DNA from: Myxococcota bacterium
GTDB lineage: Bacteria; Myxococcota_A; Polyangia; Nannocystales; Nannocystaceae
Assembly: GCA_039194325.1 (NCBI GenBank)
Contig: JBCCWC010000013.1
Span: 1 to 64,000 of the forward strand
Length of the DNA stretch: 64,000 nucleotides
Direction of reading: 5' to 3'
Made by a program: the position numbers and the translations under genes. Of the stretch, positions 1 through 11,561 are shown one piece after another. A model generated the notes under the pieces. The model ran no database searches and was not told the DNA's origin. It saw only the letters and a list, made by a program, of their open reading frames with translations. Position 1 is the stretch's first letter. Each line of letters opens with the position of its first letter.

Positions 1-341
1 GGCTCGCTGACCGTGCAGCCCAGCGCGAGCGTCCCTACGGCGATCAGCGCCTTTGCCATTCGGTGATGGCACTCCGAGTGCGTTACGGACCCCTCCGGAC
101 ACCGTCGGCGAAACAAAGGGCAGAGCTGCTGGAGGATTAAGTGAGCCACGAGCAATAGTCGCATACGCCCGCGTGACCTGGAGCCAGCGCAGATCCTCAC
201 GCGACCGCGTTCGGGGCGCGGCGCCGTCGCCCTGCCGGACGACCTCGCGCCCATCCGGCGGTCGCGACCGCTGGTCAGCCCGACCCCGCCGCTCGTCGGG
301 CAGCGCGAGCGACCAGCGGAACGAAGCCCCAAGGTCCCGAC

Positions 342-1001
342 ATGTACTCGATGTCGCTGCGTGCCGTCGCACTCCCCCTGCTCCTCTCACTCGTGGCCTG
401 CGGGTCCGAGTCCGACGACCCCAACCCCGCCGATTCCAACGCAAATTCGAGCTCCACCGGCTCCGCCGTATCCACCGGGACCGCGCCAGCCGACGAGACC
501 ACCGACGAGCCAGCCGACGAAACCACCGACGAGCCAGCCGACGAAACCGCGAACGGATCCGCGGATTCGAGCACCGGTGACGACGAGCCGCTCGTACCGA
601 TCGACCTCGATCGCGCATGGATCGAGCGGATGGAGGGTCAGTGGAATGGCCCCGTGCAGACCCCGTACATCAACATCCCCGAGTTCCCGCTCGACTTCGC
701 CTGGCAACCCGACGGCAGCCTCTACTCGTTCATCACCGACGGAGAGGAGACGTCGTTCGCCTTCACCTTCGCCGATGACGGCGAGCGCTGGACCTTCACG
801 GAGCGAGGCGAACTTCCCGGGGGGATGATCCAGAGCTACACCCTCCACCCGGTCGCCATCGATGGCGACCTCGTTCGCTGGGTGTACCTCGACGAGCCCG
901 AGCGGCTCGTGGTGGACCTCGAGGTGACAGAGGAGCAGTTCCGAATGAACGTGACCGTACGGGGAGTCCAACACGCGTCGTTCGCCCACACGCCCCAGTA
1001 G
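342..1001 (+). CDS. Lipoprotein of unknown function
   Basis: Lipobox LLLSLVAC, acidic linker with ADETTDEP-type repeats, beta-rich C-terminal domain. Confidence 0.8.
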   Translation: MYSMSLRAVALPLLLSLVACGSESDDPNPADSNANSSSTGSAVSTGTAPADETTDEPADETTDEPADETANGSADSSTGDDEPLVPIDLDRAWIERMEGQWNGPVQTPYINIPEFPLDFAWQPDGSLYSFITDGEETSFAFTFADDGERWTFTERGELPGGMIQSYTLHPVAIDGDLVRWVYLDEPERLVVDLEVTEEQFRMNVTVRGVQHASFAHTPQ

Positions 1002-1223
1002 GAGGGTTTTCTCGGCGCGTCGGCACCCGCTCGCCGACGCGCACCGAGAACTCGTGGCGGCCCGGCGACCGCCCGGCGATCAACCGCAGATCGCGCCAAA
1101 CGACCAAGATCGAGCAGCCAGCCCCCATTTTGGCCGTTTCACCTCGTTTTCACGCCCCCGCCACGGGCGATCCATCGGTCCCGCACATTCGGTTCACGCG
1201 CAGGGGGGAAGGTGCTCAGCACG

Positions 1224-1868
1224 ATGTCCAAAGCCATCGGAACCTTCTCCACCCTGTCCACCTTCTCCACCCTCTTGCATCTCATCACCGGCCGCCCCGT
1301 CGACGAAGGCGAGGGGCGAGCGCGCCGAACTCAGCTGATGATGACCGCGGGCCTGCTCTCGCTGGTCTTCGCCGCCCTGTGGGGCCTGGCCGTGGGTAGC
1401 ACCGAGCTGGGTCTGGCCGTCGACAACCTCTACAAGGTGCCCATGATCGTGCTGCTGGCCGCGGTCTTCTCGGTCCCGGCCGGGCTGCTCTCGCTGCGGA
1501 TCAGCGGGGCCGACTACCGGGCCTCCGACTTGATGATCTCGTTCTTCACGGCGGTACTGAGCGGCTCGCTGGTGCTCGGCGTGCTGTCCCCGCTGGTCGC
1601 CCTCTACTACCACACCAGCGCCTGGGCGGGACCCTTCTTGGGCATGGGCTCGGCCTTCCTCGCCCTCGGCGTCGCCGGCTTCGTGTTCATCCGCGCCACC
1701 CTTCGTCGTCGTAAGGAAGGAGCCCTGACCGGTAGCCTCGCCCTGCCGACGATCACCATGGTGGTCATGAACGCGGCCTGCCTGCTCCAGCTGGTGGCTC
1801 TGGCCTCGCCGATCCTCCCCGAAGCCACGATCTTCGAGACCGGCGTGGACGGGGTGATCACTCGCTGA
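1224..1868 (+). CDS. Multi-pass membrane protein
   Basis: About five hydrophobic helices; ATG 1224 chosen within ORF 1212..1868. Confidence 0.75.
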   Translation: MSKAIGTFSTLSTFSTLLHLITGRPVDEGEGRARRTQLMMTAGLLSLVFAALWGLAVGSTELGLAVDNLYKVPMIVLLAAVFSVPAGLLSLRISGADYRASDLMISFFTAVLSGSLVLGVLSPLVALYYHTSAWAGPFLGMGSAFLALGVAGFVFIRATLRRRKEGALTGSLALPTITMVVMNAACLLQLVALASPILPEATIFETGVDGVITR

Positions 1869-1900
1869 GGCCCAACGTCTGAAGACCGCGGAACACCATC

Positions 1901-2734
1901 ATGCGACGCACCAACGACCTGGCCGCCCTGAGCCTCATCGGGGCGGCCCTCGCCCTGCTGATGACCATCTTGATGCCCCGCGCCTCGTGGGCCGCCCCGG
2001 CCGACCGGGTGGAGTGGGGGCTGCACCGAGTAACGCTGGAGCGCACCGCGGTGGTGGTGCACAGCACCTGGTCCCTGGACCGCGCTCCCGAACAGGCCGT
2101 ACCCCTGGCCGCGCCCCTACCCCCCTCGTCCGAGCTGTCCGGGGCCGAGCCCATCGCGAACGCGGACGGGTCGATCGAAGCCCTGGACCTACAGCTCGCC
2201 AGCGGCGGCGAGGTCCACCTGATGACCCGCGTCCCCTGGTCCACGATCCGCCGAGCCGAGCTGCTGCCCGTGCCCGTCCCCTCGGGGCGTAGCGTGCACC
2301 GGGTGGTCCTCGACCCGGCCCTCTCCTTCAGCCCCGACCCCGCGCTCGGCCTGATGGCCCAGGTCGGCCACTACGCCCCCGCCGAGTTCGACGTGGTGGC
2401 CCGCCACCGCTTCGACGCCCGCACCGACGGCAACCTGCGCCACGTGGGAGCGTACTACGTCCGCGGTCACGACCTGGACGCGATGGGCGCGATGAAGGGC
2501 GAGGTGATCCTGCAGCGCCAGCGCCAGGGCAGAGCGGCCCTGGTCGCCGGAGGGATCTTCGGCCTGCTGGTCCTGGGGATGTTCGTGGCCCAACGCCGAC
2601 TGAACCGCCACGTACAGAGCGAGCGCGCCGAGTCCTATCTCGAAGAGGAATTTCGGGCCCTCGAACAATACGACGACTCCACGGGCGGCTCGGCGTCCCA
2701 GACCCAACCCGCCGCGCCCATCACCACCACATAG
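1901..2734 (+). CDS. Exported protein with C-terminal membrane anchor
   Basis: N-terminal signal-like segment ending ASWA; TM helix AALVAGGIFGLLVLGMFVA; 32 bp after the upstream gene. Confidence 0.7.
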   Translation: MRRTNDLAALSLIGAALALLMTILMPRASWAAPADRVEWGLHRVTLERTAVVVHSTWSLDRAPEQAVPLAAPLPPSSELSGAEPIANADGSIEALDLQLASGGEVHLMTRVPWSTIRRAELLPVPVPSGRSVHRVVLDPALSFSPDPALGLMAQVGHYAPAEFDVVARHRFDARTDGNLRHVGAYYVRGHDLDAMGAMKGEVILQRQRQGRAALVAGGIFGLLVLGMFVAQRRLNRHVQSERAESYLEEEFRALEQYDDSTGGSASQTQPAAPITTT

Positions 2735-3177
2735 AGGGAACAGGAAGCCCGGGCTCGGGTCCGTCGGCGTCGATCGAATGATCGATGCTCGACGGGCTCG
2801 GGCCCGACGCGTTTGGGTGGACCCACAGATCGGTCGTCGGCTGAGTCCGCGGGCAGCGCGGCGGAAGTCCCGCGACTTCCCGGATCCCCCGTGGCGACCC
2901 CCCCGGGCCCCACGATGCTCCGATGGCCGTTTGCTGGCATCCCGTCGCTCGACCCCGTAGGATTCGCGAGTACGGCGCAGGTTGCCCCGTCATGCCCTTG
3001 CCTCTGCCCAAATCTCGGCCTAGTCACCCGCGGCGACACGTCGAGCCGTCAGATCCGTATTCGGATCGGGCTTCAGATCGGCCGCTCCGACCACCGCCGG
3101 TCAGCACGTATGCGTTCGATCCGAACGCGGCCCGGCAGGCGTGGCGGCAGGTCGCTCGGACCCGAGGAGCCCACGCA

Positions 3178-3954
3178 ATGCGGCTGGACGGACGCGAGTC
3201 CGGCGGTCGGCTGGCCCCGCTGGCCCTGGGGTTGGTGGCCATGATCGCGCTGGTGCTGTGGTGGACGGCCGATGATGAGCCGACCCCGGTCGAGTCCGGG
3301 GCCGCGCTCGCGATGGTCGGGGATCGTCCCGCCGCGAGCGCGATGGATCGTGCAATGGACGGCGCGGGGCAGGATCCACTGGACCCGCTGGATCCTTCCG
3401 AGCGTCTCGGTGCGACCCCGAAGCCCATGGTGCAGCCCACCGCACGGTCGGGCCCCGCGGGCGCGCCGACCTTCGCCGAGCCCGTGGAAGACGTGGCCCC
3501 GCCGCCCCCGCCTCCCCGGATCGATCGAAAGCCGCCACCGGGTACACCCGAACGTCACGCTCTGGCCCTCAAGAAGCTCCCCCACAGCACGTACGACCGG
3601 GCTCCGCTCGGCGGGATCGGTCCCGAAGGTCTGCACGTCGATCGGATCACCATGGGCACCGGCTACGACAGCGGCGCCTGTACGGGCCCCGTGGGCAAGT
3701 TCTCCCTCAAGACCGAGAAGGTCGCCAACGTGTGCTTTCGCGCGGTGCACCTGCGCAAGACCCAGCGGGTGATCGTGCTGTGGGAACACGAGGGCAAGGT
3801 GCTGCGCCGCACCTTCGTGAAGATCGGGCCCACCCACGGCTATCGCACCCGCGCGGGCCTGTCGCTACGCCGACGTCCCAAGGGCAACTGGAAGGCGCGG
3901 GTGATGTCGGCCGACGGGGTCGAGCTGGCCTCGCATGCCTTTCAGATCCTCTGA
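3178..3954 (+). CDS. Membrane-anchored protein with DUF2914-like C-terminal domain
   Basis: GAGGAG RBS before ATG 3178; TM helix, Pro-rich linker, C-terminus ...VLWEHEGK...YRTRA...GNWKARVMSADG typical of DUF2914. Confidence 0.65.
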   Translation: MRLDGRESGGRLAPLALGLVAMIALVLWWTADDEPTPVESGAALAMVGDRPAASAMDRAMDGAGQDPLDPLDPSERLGATPKPMVQPTARSGPAGAPTFAEPVEDVAPPPPPPRIDRKPPPGTPERHALALKKLPHSTYDRAPLGGIGPEGLHVDRITMGTGYDSGACTGPVGKFSLKTEKVANVCFRAVHLRKTQRVIVLWEHEGKVLRRTFVKIGPTHGYRTRAGLSLRRRPKGNWKARVMSADGVELASHAFQIL

Positions 3955-3990
3955 TCGCTCGCTCGGCCCCGCCGTATACTCGGCGGGCCG

Positions 3991-6859
3991 GTGACCAACG
4001 CGGATCTCCGCGCCGAGGCCTCGGCGAGCACCACCTGGTCGGGGGACTCCACCCTCCCCCAAGCCGCCGCGGTCGACGACGGCTTCGAGCCCACTCGCGG
4101 CACCCAGATCGATCGGTACACCGTGCTGACCACGGTGGGACGCGGGGCGATGGGCGTGGTGATCGCCGCCTTTGACCCCCAGCTGGATCGCAAGGTCGCG
4201 CTCAAGTTCCTGCACCACACGACGCAGGGAGACGAGGCCCACGCCCGGCTGCGGCGCGAGGCTCAGGCGCTGGCGCGGCTGACCCACCCCAACGTGATCC
4301 GGGTGCACGACGTGGGCACATTCGAGGGCCGCGTGTTCATGGCCACCGAGCTGGTCGATGGCACCGATCTGACCACTTGGCGGCAACAGCAGCGGCCCGG
4401 GTGGCGCGAGGTCATCCGCGCGATGCTGGCCGCAGGCGAGGGCTTGGCCGCAGCCCATGCGGCCGGCCTGGTACACCGCGACTTCAAGCCGCGCAACGTG
4501 TTGATGGGTCATGATGGTCGGCCCCGGGTCACCGACTTCGGCCAGGCGCGCGGCTACGACGAGGGGCCCTCGGCCTGGACCCGTTCTCCGGTCTCGGACG
4601 ACCCGTTCGACGAGCGGTCCGTCGACGGCTCGCTCACCCGATCTGGCGGGTTGGCGGGTACGCCCGCCTATATGGCGCCCGAGCAGCTCGACGGGGCCCC
4701 CGCTCGATCCGCTCGCGGACCAGTGGAGCTTTTGCGTCTCGCTCTACGAGATGCTGTGGGGCCAGCGACCCTTTCGCGGCCCCGATTCCACCCATCTGGC
4801 GGCGGCGATCCGAGCGGGCCAGATCGCGGCCCCGCCCGCTCGCCCTCGCGTGCCGCTGAGCGTGCGCGCGGTGCTACGCCGCGGGCTCTCGGTCGATCCG
4901 GAGCAGCGCTTCGAGTCCATGAGCGCCTTGCTGCGAGCCATGCGACGCGCGGTCTATTGGCCGCGTCGAGTGGCCTGGACGGTGCTCCCGGCCACCACCG
5001 CCGTCGCGCTCACGGTGGCCGCGTGGCCTTCGGCTCCGGCGGCGGCCGATTACTGCGAGCAGCAGGAGCGCCGCCTCGACGAGCTGTGGAGCCCGTCGCG
5101 ACAGGCCGCCATCGAGCACGCGTTCGCGGCCACCGCTCGGGCCTATGCCCTCGACAGCTGGCCGCGGGTCCGCGAACACCTCGACCAGTTCGCGAGTCAG
5201 TGGCGGCAGGCGCAACAAGAGGCCTGCGAGGACGAAGCCCAGGGTGAGCCGGTGGGCGGCCGCATGTTGTGTCTGCACCGCCGATTCGAGGAGCTCCGGC
5301 GCTTGGTCGATCTATTCGAGCAGGCCGACGCCAACGTGGTCGAGCACGCGGTCGAAGCGACCCAAGCGCTCCATTCACAGCCCGCCTGCACCGACGACGA
5401 GGGGCCGGCTCCTCCCCCCGATCCACAGATCCGCGAGCAGTTCGAACAACTCGAGGGATTGCTCGCACAAGCCCTGGTGGCCAAGGGGCTCGGCCGTAGT
5501 GAAGAAGCCCGCCAGCTGGCCGAGTCGGCGGTCGAGCAGGCCAAGTCGCTCGGATTGCGCTGGCAGCAGGCCGAAGCCGAGCTCGCGATGGCGGTCGCCG
5601 CCGACGACGACGGGGATCCCCAGCCCGCCCAGCAGGCGTTCCAGAGCGCATTCTCGTCCGGGCTGGCGGCCGGGCACGATGTGGTGGTGGCGCGGGCGGC
5701 GATGGGCGTTGCTGGCCTGTCGGCGCGCACCGGCGAGTTCGACGAGGCCGACCGCTGGATGGATCTGGCCGAGGCGGCCACCCTCCGCGGCGGTGACCGG
5801 GACGACTCTCTGCCCGCCGTGCTGAAGAACAACCGAGGCCGCGTCGAGTTCCACCGAGGCCAGTTCGAGCGAGCCCTCACGTACTTTCGAGAGGGCCTCG
5901 CCCTCGACGAGGCGGCGGGCCGGGGTGACGCTCCTCAGCAGAGCTCGATCTACCTCAACGTGGGCTTGGCGCTGTCTAGCCTCGGCCAGTACGACGAGGC
6001 GCTCGCCTCACTCGAGGACGCCCTGGCGCGCGAGCGCTACCACTACGGTGACCGCCACCCCCGGGTGGTGCGGGTGCTCAACTCGCTGTGTCACGTGCGC
6101 AGCTACGCGGGGCAGGTCGACGCGGCCCTCGAGGCCTGCGACGAGGGGATCGCGATCACCACGGACAGCGGCAGCGACGACGACCCCAAGCTCGTCCACC
6201 TGCACACCAACCTCGGCTCGGTGTTGTTTCGAGCGGGCCGCTACCCTCAGACCGAGCGGGCCTACCTGCGCGCTCTGGAGCTGGCGATCCAGACCCACGG
6301 GGAGGGCGACCCGATGGTGGGCCGGATCCTCAACAACCTCGGGGTGCTCTATACGGACACCGGCGAGCTCGACAAGGCGCAAGACTACTATGGCCGGGCG
6401 CTGACCCTCTTCGACGCCACCTTAGGTCCGGAGCACCCCTCCACCGGGATCCTGCGCACCAACCTCGCCATGGTCTACAGCAACGACGGCGAGTTCGACC
6501 GAGCCGAGCCCCTCCTGCGGCAATCGATCGAGGTGCTCGAGGCGACCTTGGGCCCCGACCATGTCGATCTCGCGCTCTCGCTGGCCGAGCTGGGTCGGCT
6601 CCACGCTCGCCAAGAGCAGCATGCCTTGGCGATCCCCCTGTTCGAGCGCGCGATGACCCTACGCGAGGCCGCCGGCGGTGAGCCCATCGAGCTGGCCGAC
6701 ACCAAGTATGGGCTGGCCATGTCGGTGTGGGAGCAGGGCGAGGGCACCCGGGCTCGCGCGCTGGTCGGCGAGGCGCGAGCCCTCTACGAGCAAGCCGGGG
6801 GTGAGCGCCTCTCACGTCTCGAAGAGCTCGACGCGTGGCTGGCTTCCCACCGGGAGTGA
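3991..6859 (+). pseudogene. Ser/Thr protein kinase with TPR repeats, split by one frameshift near 4697-4701
   Basis: Kinase motifs [30 protein letters not shown] lie in ORF 3991..5247; subdomain IX ([11 protein letters not shown]), TM helix and TPRs lie in ORF 4511..6859. Removing one C from GGGGCCCCC restores [15 protein letters not shown]. Confidence 0.85.
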
Positions 6860-6885
6860 GACGACGTCAGGATCCGCGCCGGTCT

Positions 6886-8055
6886 TCAGTCGACCTTCGT
6901 GGCCACGATCGGATGTTCCTCCACGGTCTGCCAGGGCACGTCGGGCCACCATCGTTCGAATGTGGGTGGCGCTTCGGGCTCCACGCTCTGCCCAGGCCGA
7001 GGGGTCAGCACCTCGACCCCGGCCGCCTCGGCCGCAACCATCACGCGCTCGATCGGCTCGGTCCATCCGTGCGCCGCCAAGTCGAAAAGCCCCCAGTGGA
7101 TCGGCAGCAACAACTTCCCTCGGACCATCCCATGGGCTCGCACCGCCTGCTCGGGCCCCAGGTGCCAGTCGGGCCACGCGCGGTTGTAGGCACCCACCTC
7201 GATCATGGTCACGTCAAAGGGCCCCAGTCGCTCCCCGATCTCTCGCATGCCGGGGAACAGCCCCGTGTCCCCCGAAAAGAACACCCGATGCTGTGGTCCG
7301 AGCAGCGCATACCCGGCCCACAGCGTGCGGTTCTGGTCGAACACGTGGCGCCCCGAGGCGTGGCGAGCCGGGGCGCAGACGATCTCCAGCTCTCCGAAGG
7401 TCAGTCGGTCCCACCAGTCCACCTCCTGAATGTGGTCGGCCGGCACCCCCCAGTACTCGAGGTGAGCCCCCACCCCCAGCGGCGCGACAAAGGTGGTGTC
7501 CCAGCCTCTCATGGCCACGATGGTGGGGTGGTCGAGGTGGTCATAGTGGTCGTGCGAGATCAACACCGCATCGAGCGACGGCAGCTCGTCGAGCGCCACC
7601 GGGGGCGCGTACCAGCGCTCGGGCCCGATCCACGTGAGCGGCGAAGTTCGGGGCCCCCACACCGGATCGGTCAGCACGCGGTGCCCATCGATCTCGATGA
7701 GCAGCGACGAATGCCCCATCCAGGTGATCCGCAGCCCGCTGTCCGGCGGCGTCTCGAAGCGCTCGCTCCCCGCGTGCACCACCGCGACCGGCTCGGCCGG
7801 GCTCGTATAGTCGCTGCGCTCGAGCGCCGTGCTCACCATCCCCCACGGGTCGTTCCACAGCGGCTGTGGATTCTCGAACACCTCTTGGTCCCACTGGGGC
7901 GAGGCTTCCATCCGCTGCCGCCGCTCTCCCTCGGGTGCCGTCCCCATCGCCGCCCACGCATCGGCCAGCGTCAGCGCCCCGCCGATCACCACTACGAGGC
8001 CCGCCCACTTGAGCGGACGAAGCACCCACCTAGAGATCCACTTGCGACGCGTCAT
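6886..8055 (-). CDS. MBL-fold metallo-hydrolase (NAPE-PLD/RomA-like)
   Basis: WMGHSS, LTDPVW, SHDHYDHLD, PARH, SGDTG, PIHWG motifs; N-terminal TM. Confidence 0.9.
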   Translation of the reverse strand: MTRRKWISRWVLRPLKWAGLVVVIGGALTLADAWAAMGTAPEGERRQRMEASPQWDQEVFENPQPLWNDPWGMVSTALERSDYTSPAEPVAVVHAGSERFETPPDSGLRITWMGHSSLLIEIDGHRVLTDPVWGPRTSPLTWIGPERWYAPPVALDELPSLDAVLISHDHYDHLDHPTIVAMRGWDTTFVAPLGVGAHLEYWGVPADHIQEVDWWDRLTFGELEIVCAPARHASGRHVFDQNRTLWAGYALLGPQHRVFFSGDTGLFPGMREIGERLGPFDVTMIEVGAYNRAWPDWHLGPEQAVRAHGMVRGKLLLPIHWGLFDLAAHGWTEPIERVMVAAEAAGVEVLTPRPGQSVEPEAPPTFERWWPDVPWQTVEEHPIVATKVD

Positions 8056-8152
8056 CTCGCCCCCGAGTCTGCTCGTGGTTTACCACCAGTCTCGTACCGG
8101 ACGAGCGGAGCCCGGCCCGGTGCCCGCCGCGCGCGACCCCTCCACGGCCCGA

Positions 8153-9709
8153 TCACCCGCGGATCCCCGTCAGCTCGAGCACTTCCAGCTTCGGCAGCGC
8201 TCGCAGCCGCGCGACCCCCTCGGCCGTGACCACCGTATACGCCAGGTTCAGCCGTCGTAGCCCTTCGAGCTCGACCAGCGTATCGATCGCCGCGTCGGTC
8301 ACCAGCGTCCGATCCAGGCGCAGCGTATGCAGCTTCGACAGCCCCGCCAGGTGCACGACCCCTTCGTCCACCACATCGGTCGATTGCAGCGACAGCTCTT
8401 GCAGCGCGCTCAGCCCTCCCAGGTGTTCGAGGCCCCGATTGGTCACCCGCGTGCGATCCAAGTGCAGCGTCTGAAGCCCGCGGAGCGCCCCCACCCCCAA
8501 GAGCCCTTCGTCGGAGATCCGGGTCCCCCCCAGGTCGAGCCACTGCAATCGGCGGAGCGCGGCCAGCTCGGTCGCGGCTCGGTCGTCGAGCTCGGGATGC
8601 GACAGCCGCAGCGTGCGAAGCCCGGTGAGCGCCCCCAGGCTCGCCATGCTCGGGTCGGCCACCGGCCCCGACAGCTCCAGCAGCGTCAGCTTGCTCAGGC
8701 TGGCCAGGTGCCCAAAGCCTTCCTCGCCGATGTCGCGGTCGAGCAGGACCAGCGATTCCAGGTGAGCGAGCTCGCCGAGCACCTCGAGCCCGGCGCCGGT
8801 CACCTCGGTCTCGCGTAGCTCCAGCTGTCGGATCCCGTCCGAGTGTCGCAGCGAGCGCAGCCCATAGTCCCCGAAGCGTCGGCACGTACACGAGAAGCGC
8901 TCCACCGGCAGATCCTTGAAGTAGAGCGGGCTTCGGTCGGTGAACGTGCCGCCCTCGAAGACCACCTCGCGCAGCTGCATCAGGCCCTTGATCTGGTTGA
9001 GCGAGAAATTGATGACCCGGGTATTGCGGAGCTCCAGCACCTCCAGGGCCTCGGCGCGTGACAGGGTGATCATCGCCTTGTGCCCCGCCCAGTCTCCTTC
9101 CAGCTGCACGTGGGTCAGCGAGCGGGGCCACAGGTCGATCATGGTGGTGATCTCGCTGTCCTTTTGGAGCTCGCGGAGCACCAGTCGCCGCAGCGGCAGC
9201 GTGCGTAGCGGCTGGAGGGGGTCGGGCCCGGCATCGACACGAGTCAGGGTCAGGGTGTGCAGCCCGGTCAGCTGGGCGAGGTTGCCGATCGTCACCCCGT
9301 CGAGCACCAGGTCGGCCAGCTCCAGCGTACGCAGTTTGTCGCCCATCGCGCCGAGCCCGGCGTGCACCGCTCCTTGGCAGCCCGAGATCCTCAGGCGCTG
9401 CAGAGCCGGCGTCTTGGTCGCCAGCTTGACCAGGTCGAGGTGGGTGCAGACCGTGTCGGGATCGATCTGGTCGAGGTGTCCGACCTGGTCGGTGGGCGAC
9501 ATGGCCAGGTCGAGGATTCGAACCTTGCGGAGGTCGACCGCATCGAGCTGGTCGGCGTGATGGATCACCAGGTGCGTGGGGTCGTCGTCGACCGTCTTGG
9601 GCAGCGGCACGGGCGACGCGGGCTCCGTCGGAGGTGGAGGAGGAGGCGGGGGATCCTCCTTGCAGGCCGCGGCCGCGAGCACGGCGGCAAGGCACACACG
9701 ACGAAGCAC
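8153..9709 (-). CDS. Leucine-rich-repeat lipoprotein
   Basis: Lipobox LAAAAC, poly-Pro linker, many ~24-aa LxxLxxLxLxxTxVTDxG repeats. Confidence 0.88.
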   Translation of the reverse strand: MLRRVCLAAVLAAAACKEDPPPPPPPPTEPASPVPLPKTVDDDPTHLVIHHADQLDAVDLRKVRILDLAMSPTDQVGHLDQIDPDTVCTHLDLVKLATKTPALQRLRISGCQGAVHAGLGAMGDKLRTLELADLVLDGVTIGNLAQLTGLHTLTLTRVDAGPDPLQPLRTLPLRRLVLRELQKDSEITTMIDLWPRSLTHVQLEGDWAGHKAMITLSRAEALEVLELRNTRVINFSLNQIKGLMQLREVVFEGGTFTDRSPLYFKDLPVERFSCTCRRFGDYGLRSLRHSDGIRQLELRETEVTGAGLEVLGELAHLESLVLLDRDIGEEGFGHLASLSKLTLLELSGPVADPSMASLGALTGLRTLRLSHPELDDRAATELAALRRLQWLDLGGTRISDEGLLGVGALRGLQTLHLDRTRVTNRGLEHLGGLSALQELSLQSTDVVDEGVVHLAGLSKLHTLRLDRTLVTDAAIDTLVELEGLRRLNLAYTVVTAEGVARLRALPKLEVLELTGIRG

Positions 9710-9947
9710 GGGCCGTTCTTACCTCTGGATCCGGGGAGACCACGACCTTCGGGAAGGGTCCCGAAGGGGGGCTCGACTTGCGCCAAAGACGCAAGCTCGA
9801 GCTCGATCTGGCCACTAAACGCCATACCGGCCAGCTAAAGTGGCCATGCGCATAATACGCTGTCCTGTATCTAGAGCCGACGCAAAACCCGCAGCGTGAT
9901 TGACGCGTTCGGTGCGGTTTTGTACAACAAGTGCGTGGTCGCCGAAC

Positions 9948-10328
9948 ATGAGCGTTGGGCGCCTTGTGCCGGGGGATCAGGTCTTCGAAATGGTGATGAA
10001 CAAGATTGAGCGCGTCCTGCGTCACGACGGAATCGTGGCGGTACTCGACCAGACTGCGGAGCAGGCGCAGACCGGCGGTGGGCCATCGTGGGTCGGCGAC
10101 GACAAGTGGAAGCCGATCGTCCTCGAGGCGGTCAAGCTCCGCCAGATCGCCAACGAACCATCCGTGCGCGTCCTGGTGGGCGACCATGCGGTGCTGGTCT
10201 CGGGCGATGAGAAGCACGTGGTCGGCGTGGTCTTCATCAAGGGTCATCCCGTGGTGAAGTCCGTGGTCCGCATGGTGCGGCAGTTGCTGCGTCAACCCAA
10301 CCCACCGCCGCAGCCCCAGGGCCTGTAG
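9948..10328 (+). CDS. Small hypothetical protein
   Basis: Protein-like composition and GC3-biased codons; start could be 9948 or 9989. Confidence 0.6.
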   Translation: MSVGRLVPGDQVFEMVMNKIERVLRHDGIVAVLDQTAEQAQTGGGPSWVGDDKWKPIVLEAVKLRQIANEPSVRVLVGDHAVLVSGDEKHVVGVVFIKGHPVVKSVVRMVRQLLRQPNPPPQPQGL

Positions 10329-10510
10329 GTTTCCGTCGCGAGACGGGCTGGCGTGGCCCCCGCTACGCCAGGTTGCGCACGCCGGTCGCGCTCGGCTCGC
10401 CTCGCGAGCCTTCGCGGTCCGGCGTTCGTCATGGTGGCCCCCTGAGTCATCATGACCCAGCGGCCGTAGCGCTCGGCGCGGCTTTGGGAGAGCATGGCGC
10501 CGGATACCTC

Positions 10511-11422
10511 ATGCGACGTCTACTCTTGCTTGCTCTGACCCTAGGCCCCTTGGCCCTTTCGTGCACCAAGGACGAGCCGACTCCGCCGCCTCCGGAGCCG
10601 CCGCCCGAGCCCGACTGCGGCAACGGCATGCTCGAAGAGGGTGAGGTCTGCGAAGGCATGCCCACCCCCACGGGGTGCAACCCCAACACGTGTCAGGTCG
10701 AGGTGGGGTTCGCATGTAGCCCCACGCCGCCCGACACCAGCGAGGGCGAGACCGACGAAGCCTTCGAGCCGATCCCGTGGGACAGCAGCTGCGAGGAGCT
10801 CAACACCTGCGGCGATGGGCTCCTCGATCCCGGCGAAGATTGCGACGACGGTGACGAGCAGCTCGGCGACGGCTGCTCCATGTGCACGGTCGACCCGCTA
10901 TGGCAGTGCGTGACCGAGATGGGCATGGCCAGCGAGTGCTGGCTGTGCGGCGACGGCTTCCTCGACAGCGCCTTCGGCGAGGAGTGCGACGACGGGCACG
11001 AGGCCGACGGGGTCGGCATGGACACTCCCGGCTGCGAGAACTGCATGGTCCAGGAGGGCTGGACCTGCAGCCAGGGCGCGGATCAGACCTCGTTTTGTCA
11101 GCCCATGTGCGGCGACGGGATCTGGTTCGACGACTCGGTGGACGGGGTCAACCTCGCCAGCGCCGAGGAGTGCGACGACGGCAACATGATCGACGGCGAC
11201 GGCTGCGACGCCAATTGCAATATCGAGGACGGCTGCGATTGCGACGGGGACGTGGGGAGCATGACGACCTGCATGTGCGGGACGGAGGACTCCAGCAGCG
11301 GCAGTGACTCCGGCAGCAGCAGCGGCAGCAGCGACTCCGGCAGCAGCAGCGACTCCGGCACCACCGGTGGCAGCTCGGGGACCGACTCGGGCGGCACCGA
11401 CAGCGCCACCTCCACGAATTGA
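10511..11422 (+). CDS. Lipoprotein with myxococcal cysteine-rich repeats (DUF4215-like)
   Basis: Lipobox PLALSC; repeated CGDG...EECDDGN...DGC units; Ser/Gly tail. Confidence 0.88.
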   Translation: MRRLLLLALTLGPLALSCTKDEPTPPPPEPPPEPDCGNGMLEEGEVCEGMPTPTGCNPNTCQVEVGFACSPTPPDTSEGETDEAFEPIPWDSSCEELNTCGDGLLDPGEDCDDGDEQLGDGCSMCTVDPLWQCVTEMGMASECWLCGDGFLDSAFGEECDDGHEADGVGMDTPGCENCMVQEGWTCSQGADQTSFCQPMCGDGIWFDDSVDGVNLASAEECDDGNMIDGDGCDANCNIEDGCDCDGDVGSMTTCMCGTEDSSSGSDSGSSSGSSDSGSSSDSGTTGGSSGTDSGGTDSATSTN

Positions 11423-11561
11423 TCGAGCTATTTATGCCGAGGCCGGCTCGGGATGCGCGACGGCTGTCGCGCCCGGCCTCGGTCTTGCCCACGCGGCACC
11501 CAGGATCGCCGCAAACCGGGGCTTTGTTGGGAGCGCAGCCGCCTCGGCGGCGCGTCGGACC

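Noticed and set aside
8052..10295. 747-aa Arg/Pro/Ala-rich ORF
   Set aside because: Alternative frame over the LRR lipoprotein; low-complexity composition.
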